Shown piece after piece: positions 47,016 through 56,032 of a stretch of 64,000 nt of DNA. Location: positions 46-64,045 of the forward strand of contig JBEKUS010000004.1 in the NCBI GenBank assembly GCA_049514795.1, in the 5' to 3' direction. Each line of letters opens with the position of its first letter. Positions within the stretch are counted from its first letter, which is position 1. Both the position numbers and the translations under genes were made by a program. This DNA comes from Terracidiphilus sp. (GTDB lineage: Bacteria; Acidobacteriota; Terriglobia; Terriglobales; Acidobacteriaceae). Below the pieces are notes generated by a model, which saw nothing but the letters and a program-made list of their open reading frames with translations, was not told the origin of the DNA and made no database searches.

Positions 47016-49466
47016 CTAATCCGGGGCAGAGACGTCTTTGGCCGGAGCGATGGCAGTCACCGGCATGGTGAGCATCTGCACGGTGGCCGGGTCGTCGCGC
47101 AGCTTGAGGTAGAGAACGCCGTTCGCGGGGTGCGGAACGGCGAGCTGCCCGCCGGTAAACTGCAGCGGCACCTCTGTGAAGCCGTCGAACGACGGGGTGG
47201 CGGCAATCGCCGCGGCCAGGAAGAGATCGCTTCCGCTCAAGACACACGGCTTCGCCGGAGCGCGCGGACAGCGCAGGTCCTTGAACGAGGGAAGCCGCAC
47301 AAACGTGCCCAGCGGAACCCAGTCGCCAGCCGCGCCATCGGCAGAGACGGCGCGCACGTGCACGGGCCCGAAGACCGAAGAGCCAAACCGGGCCAGCGGT
47401 TCGATGCTGGCGACCGCCGTGTGCGCATCCTCAAGCATCAAGCTGCCGTCGTCGAGCGACAGGGTAGTGTCGAAGCCGGTGTCTTCGCCGGCCAGCTCTA
47501 CCTTCTCGTCGCGCGGGAAATTCAACGGCACCTTGGACTGAAGGAAGAAGACCAGTTTGCCCTCGACTGGCAGATCGTCGGGACTCCCCCATTGCACGGG
47601 CAGAAGCGGCACGGCAGCGCCGGGCTGAACTCCCTTGCTGAGCAGCGCAAGTTGCGGGCGCGGCGGATCGACGGTCACCGGCGTTTTGAGCATCCGGCCA
47701 TCTTTCAACTGTACCCAGGCTAGGTACGTCCCGCCGGGTTCCAGGCTCGAGGTGGACCCCGCCGTTGTCATCAGTAACTGATCGAGGTTCTCGACGCGGT
47801 TCAGGGCCGAGGGCGCGAACGACAGGCCGTCGATCTGCGCCTTCGCCACTTCGTCGAGACGCGTGCCGCGGAGCAGAGCGGTCGAGTCGCCGGGCCGCAG
47901 GATCAAGCTGTCGAGCGATGCCGCCGCGGCGTAGGCAACCATCGACAGGCGATCGGGCGCGGACAATCCGTACTGGTAGATCTCGATGTCGACTGACCCC
48001 GGTCCGTAATCCTTGAGAGGGAGGGCGATCTCCAGCGTGCCAGGTTTCGCCGATTTCCAGTCGAGAGCGATCGGGCGGTTTTCACCAATTGCCGCCTTCA
48101 CTTCCGCCACGCAATCCGAAGTCTTGCCAGCGACGTGGATGAGGTCGTCTCGGCCCACAACCAGAGCCGACTGATCCGCGGCGGCCACCGCCCATATGCC
48201 GGCCTGCGCGGAGATCAGCTTGTAGTTCGGCCCTTCCCAGGCATCGAAGCCCCACTTGCCGCGCACCACCCCGGCCAGTTCGCCGACCGGCAGCAAAGGA
48301 ACTCGCTCGGCAGGAACCAATCCTCCCCGGGCCGCATCGGCGACGAGCGGAATGTCGAGATCGTTGCCTTTCGTATCGCCACCGCCCTCCACGTGCAGTG
48401 CGAGGTCGTGAGCCAACTGGGCAGCAAAGACAAGCGGGGCTCCCTCGGCCGGAAGCACCAGACCCGGCTTGAGGGCGCAGAAGCTCGCTTCGGGGTTGGC
48501 GGGACGGAGCGGTTCGGGCGCGGCGGGCCCCACCGGAGGCAGCGCAACCACGACCACGGACTGGGGATTGCGGAAGGAAGGCGGCATGTTCAGACGCAGG
48601 TTGAGGCTATCGAGCGTAGGCAGGGCCAACGCAGGGATGTACTGGAAATGCGCGGTGTGCAGCGAGGCGAGAATCTTTGCCGTGTCGACGATTGCGCCGA
48701 TGTACGGGCTATAGGCTCCCCCACCCCCCATCGTCGAGTAGCTGAGCTGGTTCATCAGATCGAGCGTGGAACCACTGGCCAACTGGTTCACCAGCGACTG
48801 CGCATTGGCGTCGTCGAGAACCATGCCCTCGGAGTTCTGCGAGAGGCAGGAGGCCTGCTGGTCAGAGGGCTTCAGAAAGCAGCTCTCGTTGATCTTGATT
48901 CCGAGGCTGCGGGCCGCCATCTCGGTGCGCTTCTTCAGCAGAGCGGGATCGAACTGCGAGCTGACCTTCACGGCGGCCAAATACGACTCGAGCCGCATCC
49001 GCTCCCAGCTCGCCGCCTGCAGGTCCTGGGCGGCGCGCACAAAGGAACCCGGCCGGCCGCGAACCGCGCCGCGCAAGGTGTTGAAGTCGCCGCCCGTCTC
49101 CGGGGCCAGGAAAAGCAGCGCCTGCTGCGCCTCATCGGGGACGGTGACGAAGACACCCTCCTCACGCGCCTCACGGGTCCAGGTTTCGACGCGCGTGAAC
49201 CACTCCGGGGGCGGGGGGTTGGTGGAACCGCGGAGGAAGGCGACCACGAGGACGAAGTGGGCGGCCTGGCTTTCCGGCAGCTCGGGATGAACCCAGAGCC
49301 GGTCCCCCGGCAGCAGGTTCGGCACCTCGGCGATGGGAAGGGTCACGTCGCCACGCTTCACGTGGACGTCGACTTTGGGACCGGAGAGATCGAAAGGCTG
49401 GCCGTCGGCGTGCAGGAAGGGAGATAGCAAGCAGCAAACCAAGAAAAACTGCAAACAACGGCGCAT
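47016..49466 (-). CDS. Large secreted hypothetical protein
   Basis: 816 aa from ATG 49466 (MRRCLQFFLVCCLLSPFLHA signal peptide). No recognised domain. Confidence 0.65.
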   Translation of the reverse strand: MRRCLQFFLVCCLLSPFLHADGQPFDLSGPKVDVHVKRGDVTLPIAEVPNLLPGDRLWVHPELPESQAAHFVLVVAFLRGSTNPPPPEWFTRVETWTREAREEGVFVTVPDEAQQALLFLAPETGGDFNTLRGAVRGRPGSFVRAAQDLQAASWERMRLESYLAAVKVSSQFDPALLKKRTEMAARSLGIKINESCFLKPSDQQASCLSQNSEGMVLDDANAQSLVNQLASGSTLDLMNQLSYSTMGGGGAYSPYIGAIVDTAKILASLHTAHFQYIPALALPTLDSLNLRLNMPPSFRNPQSVVVVALPPVGPAAPEPLRPANPEASFCALKPGLVLPAEGAPLVFAAQLAHDLALHVEGGGDTKGNDLDIPLVADAARGGLVPAERVPLLPVGELAGVVRGKWGFDAWEGPNYKLISAQAGIWAVAAADQSALVVGRDDLIHVAGKTSDCVAEVKAAIGENRPIALDWKSAKPGTLEIALPLKDYGPGSVDIEIYQYGLSAPDRLSMVAYAAAASLDSLILRPGDSTALLRGTRLDEVAKAQIDGLSFAPSALNRVENLDQLLMTTAGSTSSLEPGGTYLAWVQLKDGRMLKTPVTVDPPRPQLALLSKGVQPGAAVPLLPVQWGSPDDLPVEGKLVFFLQSKVPLNFPRDEKVELAGEDTGFDTTLSLDDGSLMLEDAHTAVASIEPLARFGSSVFGPVHVRAVSADGAAGDWVPLGTFVRLPSFKDLRCPRAPAKPCVLSGSDLFLAAAIAATPSFDGFTEVPLQFTGGQLAVPHPANGVLYLKLRDDPATVQMLTMPVTAIAPAKDVSAPD

Positions 49467-49558
49467 GGAAACCATTCTACGAAGTTCAGCGAGTGGCAAT
49501 CCCAAAAACGACGGCGCGGGGAGCGGAGAGGCGGGCTTCGCGATCCGGCGAGAAACAA

Positions 49559-49572
49559 CTCAAACGTTTGAG
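49559..49572. promoter_or_regulatory. Perfect 14-bp palindrome CTCAAACGTTTGAG (LacI/PurR-type core CAAACGTTTG)
   Basis: Read directly. Lies 93 nt upstream of the 47016-49466 gene start in an AT-richer spacer. Confidence 0.45.
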
Positions 49573-49940
49573 GCCGCAGGGACTCAATCTAGCCAACAGT
49601 TCCTCATGAGGTGGAGGGTAAATAGGAGTTGTCACGCCAGAGGATCGTGCATAATATGGATTTCTAACTGACGCCACGCGTAATCTAGTGGGCCAAAACC
49701 CTGCTGGTTGGATAGATGAAGGCGCTTACTGACCCGGCTGGCGCGACTTTGATATCGCATTCATATTGCTCAGAATAGAGGAATCGTAGCCTGTCTTCCT
49801 CATTCCACAGAGCGTTCGGCAACTCTTGCAGCAAAGCCTGCTGAATGATGCACGCGGAGCAGCACCGAGCCGGGAAGAGCCACCGGCCGGAGATTCTGCT
49901 AGCCCCGGCGCGGCCTGCGGCAGCATGAGGAGATGAAGTC

Positions 49941-50660
49941 ATGAAATCGACGCGATCCGCGCACACCAGCGCAGAGAATGGAAGCCTGACCATTCCCGCC
50001 GCGGAGGAGATCATCGAAGAAGCGCTGAACGAGCTGGCCTATTCGCAGGATCCCGGCTTCACGCGGGCATTGCGGTTTCTGGCGCCTCAGGGATACCAGG
50101 CAATTGTGGAGCTCTGCAGCGGGGACGGCCGCAGCAAGCGGCGCAACGCCCCGGCCGAAACATGGTCTCCAGAAGAAGACGAGGTTCGAATCTATTTTGA
50201 GCGCGCCGATGGCGAGGAGCCGGCGCCGCGTGTGACCCGCGCACCGCGCGCCGCGGCCGCCCGGACCGCAGGACAGGACGAAGAACCGGAAGAGCTGACG
50301 ATGCCCGCCGACATGGATGCGCGCGTGAAGGAACTGTGCGCGGCACTGGCCGAGGCGGAGCGCGGGGGCCATGCGTTCATCGCTCTCAAGTGGTTCCGGG
50401 ACTCCTTCCTGCCGCGCAAGGCCTTCCGGTGGAATCAGCATCCGGATACGCGGCAGGCGGTGCTGGCCGAGGCAATCCAGCGCGGCACGGTGCTGACCAG
50501 CAAGATCGCGAATCCCAAGACCCCAGCCTATCCCACAACCACGATCCGTCTCAACCGCGCCGAGGCCGGTATTCCCGAGGAAGCACAACGGTTCCATCCG
50601 GTCGAGATGCAAGGTGAACCTGTCGGAGTGGCCATCGACGAGGAACGGGGGGACGAGTGA
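49941..50660 (+). CDS. Hypothetical 239-aa protein, upstream partner of a PIN protein
   Basis: Acidic N-terminus, Arg/Ala/Glu-rich linker, and C-terminal segment ELCAALAEAERGGHAFIALKWFRDSFLPRK...RQAVLAEAIQRGTVLTSKI that looks winged-helix-like. Its stop overlaps the PIN start (GTGA). Confidence 0.6.
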   Translation: MKSTRSAHTSAENGSLTIPAAEEIIEEALNELAYSQDPGFTRALRFLAPQGYQAIVELCSGDGRSKRRNAPAETWSPEEDEVRIYFERADGEEPAPRVTRAPRAAAARTAGQDEEPEELTMPADMDARVKELCAALAEAERGGHAFIALKWFRDSFLPRKAFRWNQHPDTRQAVLAEAIQRGTVLTSKIANPKTPAYPTTTIRLNRAEAGIPEEAQRFHPVEMQGEPVGVAIDEERGDE

Positions 50661-51157
50661 GCCTATATTTTCTCGAGGCGACGGCATTCGCCAAGCTGTT
50701 TGTCCGCGAGCCCGGCACCGATTCTCTGATCCGGCTAATGGAGAACGTCGAGGACAACAGCAAGCTAATCTCGGCTTCCACTCCGCTTGAAGTCTATGCG
50801 GCCATCCGGCGGCGTGAGCGGGCCGGACAGATCGCTCCCGAGGCGGCGGCGACGGCGCTCGAGCATCTGAGGATCGAAGCGGCGCGCATGGTGCAGCAAC
50901 CGTTGAATCCCGGCGTGCTGGAGGCGGCGCGGCAACTCCTGGATCGCACTTCGCTGCGTTGGCCCGAAGCGCTGCAACTGGGCGCCGCCCTCACTGCCCG
51001 CGACATGTTCCCCAGCATCGGAATCACCTTTGTCTCCGCTTCCGGCAGCCTGCTGGAAGCGGCAAAGGCAGAAGGGCTGGAGGCGGTGGACCCGGTGAAT
51101 CTGCCGGCTGCGGCGGAGCCGGAAGCGGAAGCGAAACCAGCAGAGACGGCGGAATAG
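50657..51157 (+). CDS. PIN domain (VapC-family) protein with substituted catalytic acidic residues
   Basis: LYFLEATAFAKLFVREPG...S.PLEVYAAI...LRWPEALQLGAAL...FVSASGSLLEAAKAEGL aligns with the LDTSALVKL / E / yDAlHLA / tfD.rL..AA..GL family pattern. The acidic positions read E, E, E, S instead of D, E, D, D. Confidence 0.65.
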   Translation: MSLYFLEATAFAKLFVREPGTDSLIRLMENVEDNSKLISASTPLEVYAAIRRRERAGQIAPEAAATALEHLRIEAARMVQQPLNPGVLEAARQLLDRTSLRWPEALQLGAALTARDMFPSIGITFVSASGSLLEAAKAEGLEAVDPVNLPAAAEPEAEAKPAETAE

Positions 51158-51262
51158 GCGGGGCGGACGCGATCCTTCCGGATCCGCATCTGCGTTGGCG
51201 CGGGGCAACGAAAAGACAAACGAGGCGGAATAGCAGCTCTCTTTTGCCGAGCCGGGCCGGAC

Positions 51263-52123
51263 TTACTCCCGCCGGAACCGGTTTGCCTGCTCGAACTGGC
51301 TGCGCAGCTCGGGCGTGCGAAGGTTCTCGCGCAGCAGGGCGAGGCGTTGCTCAAGCGCCAGCAAGGCGCGCTCCACAGCTTCGGTGTTGGTGTGGGCGAT
51401 GTCGCGCCACATCGAGAAGGGGCTTGCGCCGAGGCGCGTCATCTCGCGCAACGCACGGCCACCCACATCTTTCAGCTCGGGGGCGTTGCCGACTTCTTCT
51501 TCAAGTAGAGCGCTGAGCGCCGTGGCCGTGAACTGCGGCAGGTGACTGACCCACGCGACCAGCTCGTCGTGGCGGACGGGGTCGAGATCGAGGGTCTTCG
51601 AGCCCATGGCAACGACCCATTCGCGCCAGCCATTGACGAGCGTGGTCGAGCGGGGCGAGCGATGGGCGGCGGGATCGTCGGTGAAGAGCCAGACCGCGTC
51701 GCGAAAGAGGTCAGCGTCACCCAGGGCCGCGCCGCCGCGCTCCTTGCCCGCCATGGGGTGGCCGGGAAGAAACGCCGCGCGCTCGGGCGTGTTGTAGAGG
51801 CGAGCGGCTGCCTCTGAGATGAGGCGCTTGGTGCTGCCCACATCGGTGACCAGGTGCTCGGAACCGAGCACGCCGGCCAGCTTCTCCATGAAATCAAGCG
51901 TGGCGTAGATGGGCACGGCGAGAACCGTCACCTGGCTCGAGTGTGCGGCATCAATCGGGTCGGTGGCGATGGAGTCGACCGCACCCATCTTGAACGCGAG
52001 CCGGCCCGGCTCGGGACTGCGGTTCCAGCCAACGATCGTGCCCTTGAAGCCCGCGGCGCGCAGGCCAAGGCCCACCGATGTGCCCAGCAGGCCAAGGCCG
52101 AGGATGGAGATGCGGTCGATCAT
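51263..52123 (-). CDS. tyrA: Prephenate dehydrogenase
   Basis: MIDRISILGLGLLGTSVGLGLR Rossmann motif, HPMAG and the downstream PDH domain. ATG 52123 preferred over TTG 52132. Confidence 0.85.
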   Translation of the reverse strand: MIDRISILGLGLLGTSVGLGLRAAGFKGTIVGWNRSPEPGRLAFKMGAVDSIATDPIDAAHSSQVTVLAVPIYATLDFMEKLAGVLGSEHLVTDVGSTKRLISEAAARLYNTPERAAFLPGHPMAGKERGGAALGDADLFRDAVWLFTDDPAAHRSPRSTTLVNGWREWVVAMGSKTLDLDPVRHDELVAWVSHLPQFTATALSALLEEEVGNAPELKDVGGRALREMTRLGASPFSMWRDIAHTNTEAVERALLALEQRLALLRENLRTPELRSQFEQANRFRRE

Positions 52124-52128
52124 GATGA

Positions 52129-52211
52129 GCAAGTCAGCGAGTTAGCGAGTCTGCAAGTCAGCGCTATACATATCAATGCCGCAGACTGACTTGCCGACTT
52201 ACTGACTCGCT
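52129..52211. repeat. Inverted arrays of the octamer repeat: 4 units GCAAGTCA GCGAGTTA GCGAGTCT GCAAGTCA, ~27-nt spacer, 3 units GACTTGCC GACTTACT GACTCGCT
   Basis: Arrays at 52129-52160 and 52188-52211, read directly. Same GACTYGCY unit as 14394-14433. The arms can pair (core GCAAGUCAG/CUGACUUGC plus extensions). Fills the aroF-tyrA spacer. Confidence 0.7.
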
Positions 52212-52216
52212 TCATC

Positions 52217-53239
52217 TTACAGCGTTCGTCCGACGGCCGCGGCGAGCGCGCGCAGCTCTTCGACCAGCTTCTCAAACTGGTCGAGGTAGAGGGTCTGCGC
52301 GGCATCGGAGACGGCTTTGTCGGCGTTGGGGTGGATTTCAATGAGCAGGGCGTCGGCTCCCGCGGCGACAGCGGCCTTGGACATGGCTGCGACCATGTCG
52401 CGGCGGCCCGTGCCGTGCGAAGGGTCGGCGACCACGGGCAGGTGCGAGAGCTTCTTGAGCACCGGGATGGCCGCGATGTCCATGGTGTTGCGCGTGGAGG
52501 TCTCGTAGGTGCGGATGCCGCGCTCGCAGAGCAGGACTTCGTAGTTGCCGCCGGAGAGGATGTACTCGCTCGAAAGAAGCAATTCCTCGACGGTGGCGGC
52601 GATGCCGCGCTTGAGAAGGATGGGCTTGCGCACCTGGCCCAGCTCGCGCAGCAGGTTGAAATTCTGCATGTTGCGCGCGCCCACCTGGAAGCAATCGACG
52701 AGCGGCAGCATGGGCTCGATCTGGGCAATCTCCATGACTTCGCTAACGACGGCAAGACCGTTGGCGTCGGCGGCTTCGCGCATCAGCTCGAGGCCGGGAA
52801 TGCCGAGGCCCTGGAACGAGTACGGCGAGCTGCGCGGCTTGTAAGCGCCGCCGCGCAGGAAGCCACCGCCGGACGCCTTCACGCATTTGGCGATCAAGAA
52901 GATCTGCTCGCGATTCTCGACGGCGCACGGCCCGGCGATGACCGCGACCTGCTGGCCGCCGATGGCAGCGCCGTTCGGGAACGCGATGACCGTGTCTTCA
53001 GAGCGCCATGCACGGCCGGCCAGCTTGTAGGGCGCGCTGATGCGGTGCACGTGAAGCACGCCAGGCAGCATTTCGAATTTGGTCAGGTCGAGGCCGGCGG
53101 TGGGGCCGACGCCGGCCAGAATCGTCTGGAACTCTCCCGTGGTGCGATGCACGTGTACGCCGGCTTCTTCCATGGCGTCGATGACGGCATCGATCTGTTC
53201 TTCGGCGGCTTTTTCCTGCATTGCGACAATCATGGTCAA
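52217..53239 (-). CDS. aroF: 3-deoxy-7-phosphoheptulonate (DAHP) synthase, class I-beta with N-terminal ferredoxin-like regulatory domain
   Basis: 340 aa. N-terminal MIVAMQEKAAEEQIDAVIDAMEEAGVHVH domain, then IAGPCAVE, RGGAYKPRSSPYSFQG, LLKRG and DPSHGTG blocks. Confidence 0.85.
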   Translation of the reverse strand: MTMIVAMQEKAAEEQIDAVIDAMEEAGVHVHRTTGEFQTILAGVGPTAGLDLTKFEMLPGVLHVHRISAPYKLAGRAWRSEDTVIAFPNGAAIGGQQVAVIAGPCAVENREQIFLIAKCVKASGGGFLRGGAYKPRSSPYSFQGLGIPGLELMREAADANGLAVVSEVMEIAQIEPMLPLVDCFQVGARNMQNFNLLRELGQVRKPILLKRGIAATVEELLLSSEYILSGGNYEVLLCERGIRTYETSTRNTMDIAAIPVLKKLSHLPVVADPSHGTGRRDMVAAMSKAAVAAGADALLIEIHPNADKAVSDAAQTLYLDQFEKLVEELRALAAAVGRTL

Positions 53240-53303
53240 TTCCCTGTCTCGGGCGTCTTACGGCAAAACCAGAGTTGCTGTGTCCTGTTCTACTCTAATC
53301 AAG

Positions 53304-53331
53304 GTCGCTGCTCCCTGTTGGTCGCAGCGAC
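53304..53331 (-). other. Hairpin GTCGCTGC-N12-GCAGCGAC in the chorismate mutase/aroF spacer
   Basis: 8-bp perfect stem (extendable to 10 with one mismatch). On the transcribed (minus) strand it is followed by CTTGATTAG. Possible attenuator or processing site. Confidence 0.35.
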
Positions 53332-53357
53332 TTGACTTTGGTGGCTCCGGGATACAC

Positions 53358-53702
53358 CTACTCTGGTTTTGCAGTAGCGCCCGCGGCGTGCCCGGGAAGC
53401 CCGCCCTCCTTCAGGGCGGCCTGGGCGGTTCTCTCACTGGCCAGCTCGTTTCTCTGCAATGCCCGCATCACGTCGATGATGCGCTCGTAGATATGCGTCA
53501 ACTCGATGTCGGGCAGCGGGCCTTTATTGGCCGCGCGCACGTTGGCGTAGATGACCTTTTCGCGGTCCGGCTCGTAGACCGGAAGCGAAGTGGCGGCCTT
53601 GAGATGGCCGATGATCTGCACCACACGGGCCCGCTCGCTGATCAACTCGACCAGTTGGCGGTCCAGGGCATCGATGCGGATTCGCAGTTCTTCGATGGTC
53701 AT
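53358..53702 (-). CDS. Chorismate mutase (AroQ class)
   Basis: MTIEELRIRIDALDRQLVELISERARVVQIIGHLK.....VYEPDRE is the canonical CM_2 domain. Start set at ATG 53702. Confidence 0.8.
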   Translation of the reverse strand: MTIEELRIRIDALDRQLVELISERARVVQIIGHLKAATSLPVYEPDREKVIYANVRAANKGPLPDIELTHIYERIIDVMRALQRNELASERTAQAALKEGGLPGHAAGATAKPE

Positions 53703-53835
53703 TGCGTCCTCTAACGGCAAGCGAATAGCTCCTGGCTTCCATCCACCAGCCCCGTCCCGCCGGCGCAAGCCTACGCGGCCCAGTCCGATACTGAAAATGC
53801 CTGGAGCTAGAAGCTAAAGGCCAGAAGCTGTCTTC

Positions 53836-54618
53836 TCACCGGGCCAGCGCCTCTTGCGGCAAGCGCAGGCCCCTGATAAATCGAGCCACCGCGCCGGGCG
53901 CATCGCCGGGTGTCGAGCGTTCCACCAGCTCGACGATTGCGCTGCCGACCACCGCGGCATCCGCGAACTCCGCCACCTGGGCGAAATGCTGCGCGTTGCT
54001 GATGCCGAACCCAACGGCGACCGGCAGCCGGGTCCATCGGCGAATGCGCGCAACCAGCGCCGCAGCGTCGGCAGCCACGCTTTTCTGCGTGCCCGTGACG
54101 CCCACGCGTGAAATGGCGTAGACAAAACCTTCGGAGGCCTTGGCGATGGCCTCGAGCCGCGCATCGGGACTGGTGGGCGCGGCGAGAAAGATGGGGGCAA
54201 GACCCACGCGGTCCAGCTCGGCCAGATACTCGGCGGCCTCTTCGACGATCATGTCGGTGGCCAGGACGCCATCCACGCCCGCAGCGGCGGCATCGTCGGC
54301 GAATTTGCCCAGGCCGTAGCGGAGGATGGGATTCAGGTAGCTGAAGATCACCAGGCCGGCCGCGGGGCGAGCGGCGCGAATCTCGCGCGCGAGCGAGAGA
54401 ACATCCCTGAGCCGCGTGCCATGGGCGAGCGCGCGCTCGCTGGCGCGCTGGATGATGGGGCCGTCGGCGAGGGGGTCGCTGAAGGGCACGCCGAGTTCGA
54501 TCACATCGGCGCCGGCGTCGATGGCCGCGAGGGCGATCTCGCGGGTGGCGTCGAGAGACGGATCTCCGGCGGTCAAATAGGCGATAAGGCCCGGCTTGTG
54601 ATCGAAGCGGATCGGCAT
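53836..54618 (-). CDS. trpA: Tryptophan synthase alpha chain
   Basis: YLTAGDPSLD...GADVIELGVPFSDPLADGPIIQ..S..AL and GFGIS blocks. Confidence 0.9.
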   Translation of the reverse strand: MPIRFDHKPGLIAYLTAGDPSLDATREIALAAIDAGADVIELGVPFSDPLADGPIIQRASERALAHGTRLRDVLSLAREIRAARPAAGLVIFSYLNPILRYGLGKFADDAAAAGVDGVLATDMIVEEAAEYLAELDRVGLAPIFLAAPTSPDARLEAIAKASEGFVYAISRVGVTGTQKSVAADAAALVARIRRWTRLPVAVGFGISNAQHFAQVAEFADAAVVGSAIVELVERSTPGDAPGAVARFIRGLRLPQEALAR

Positions 54619-54634
54619 GGAAGTCTATCGCCCT

Positions 54635-55843
54635 CTAGAGCTTCAGCTCGCGGGCCAAAATGCCCATGTCCTTATCGCCGCGCCCGGAGAGGTTGACTAC
54701 AAGTATTTCACGCGGGCTGAGCGTGGGAGCGACGCGGATGGCCTCGGCGACGGCGTGAGCGCTTTCGAGCGCGGGGAGGATTCCCTCGGTGCGGGCAAGC
54801 TTGACCACGGCGTCGAGCGCGGCGGCATCGTCCTGCGAAACATACTCGGCGCGGCCGCAGTCGTGCAGGGCGGCGTGCTCGGGGCCGATGGAAGCGTAGT
54901 CGAGACCCGCGGAGACAGAATGCGTGAGCGCAATCTGGCCGTCGTCGTCCTGGAGCACGTAAGAATAGGCGCCCTGCAGGACCCCGGGCGCACCGCCCTG
55001 GAAGCGGGCGGCGTGCTCGCCGAGCGCCGTTCCGCGCCCTCCGGCCTCGACGCCGATCAGCCGCACCTGGCGATCATTCAGGAATTCGTAGAATGCGCCG
55101 ATGGCGTTCGAGCCGCCACCGACGCAGGCGATGACCGCAGTGGGCAAGCGGCCTTCCCTCTCGAGGATCTGCTGCTTCATCTCCCGGCTGATGACGCGGT
55201 GGAAGTCGCGCACCATGGTCGGGTAGGGGTGGGCGCCAAGAGCGCTGCCGAGCAAGTAGTACGTGGTGCGCACGTTCGTGACCCAGTCGCGCATGGCTTC
55301 GCTGATGGCGTCTTTGAGCGTCTTCGAGCCCGAAGACACGCCGCGCACCTCAGCGCCAAGCAGCCTCATGCGGAGCACGTTCAGTTCCTGGCGCTCCATG
55401 TCGACGTCGCCCATGTAGACGACGCACTCGAGGCCGAGCAGAGCGCAGACGGTGGCCGTGGCCACGCCGTGCTGGCCCGCGCCGGTTTCAGCGATGATGC
55501 GCTTCTTGCCCATGCGTTTGGCAAGCAGTCCCTGGCCGAGCGCGTTGTTGATTTTGTGCGCGCCGGTGTGGAGCAGGTCCTCACGCTTAAGGTAGATCTT
55601 CGCGCCGCCGAGGGTTTCGGTGAGGCGCTTGCAGTAAGTGAGCGGCGTGGGGCGGCCGGCGTAGTCGGTGAGCAGGGCATTCAACTCGGCCTGGAAGGCG
55701 GCGTCGGCCTTGGCGGCCCCGTATTCGCGCTCCAGCTCGTCGAGCGCAGCGACCAGGGTCTCCGGCACGTAGCGCCCGCCGTAGACGCCGAAGCGCCCGG
55801 GCCGCGGCTCGGACGGATTTGCCGGAAGAATAATGGACGCCAT
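54635..55843 (-). CDS. trpB: Tryptophan synthase beta chain
   Basis: [44 protein letters not shown] and GGGSNAIG. Confidence 0.95.
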   Translation of the reverse strand: MASIILPANPSEPRPGRFGVYGGRYVPETLVAALDELEREYGAAKADAAFQAELNALLTDYAGRPTPLTYCKRLTETLGGAKIYLKREDLLHTGAHKINNALGQGLLAKRMGKKRIIAETGAGQHGVATATVCALLGLECVVYMGDVDMERQELNVLRMRLLGAEVRGVSSGSKTLKDAISEAMRDWVTNVRTTYYLLGSALGAHPYPTMVRDFHRVISREMKQQILEREGRLPTAVIACVGGGSNAIGAFYEFLNDRQVRLIGVEAGGRGTALGEHAARFQGGAPGVLQGAYSYVLQDDDGQIALTHSVSAGLDYASIGPEHAALHDCGRAEYVSQDDAAALDAVVKLARTEGILPALESAHAVAEAIRVAPTLSPREILVVNLSGRGDKDMGILARELKL

Positions 55844-55951
55844 GACGAGCTCCCGCTCGATTGCCCGGTTGAAGGGAACCCTTCAGTTTACAGGAGCAGC
55901 GAGGAAGCGGGTCCTTCGCGATCTTTGCCGGAGGGGGCCCGCGTCAGAAAA

Positions 55952-55973
55952 CCGTCACGTGCGCATGTGACGG
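55952..55973. promoter_or_regulatory. 22-bp near-palindrome CCGTCACgtgcgcatGTGACGG between trpB (-) and the dehydrogenase gene (+)
   Basis: Perfect 7-bp arms (55952-55958/55967-55973) with a nearly self-complementary centre. Lies 60 nt upstream of ATG 56033 and 109 nt upstream of the trpB start. Confidence 0.4.
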
Positions 55974-56032
55974 ATGGACTTGCGTGAACCTTGTGCGGGC
56001 GAGTCTCGTAGCAGCATTGAGCGAGGCGCCAG

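Noticed and set aside
49685-50014. 109-aa minus-strand ORF (or 85 aa from ATG 49942) in the AT-richer spacer. It is divergent from, and overlaps at CATG, the start of the 239-aa gene.
   Set aside because: The N-terminal half is Ala/Gly/Arg-rich shadow sequence over the opposite gene start. Only the last 50 or so codons look protein-like (..LLQELPNALWNEEDRLRFLYSEQYECDIKV..). It may be a gene fragment but is not supportable as a CDS.
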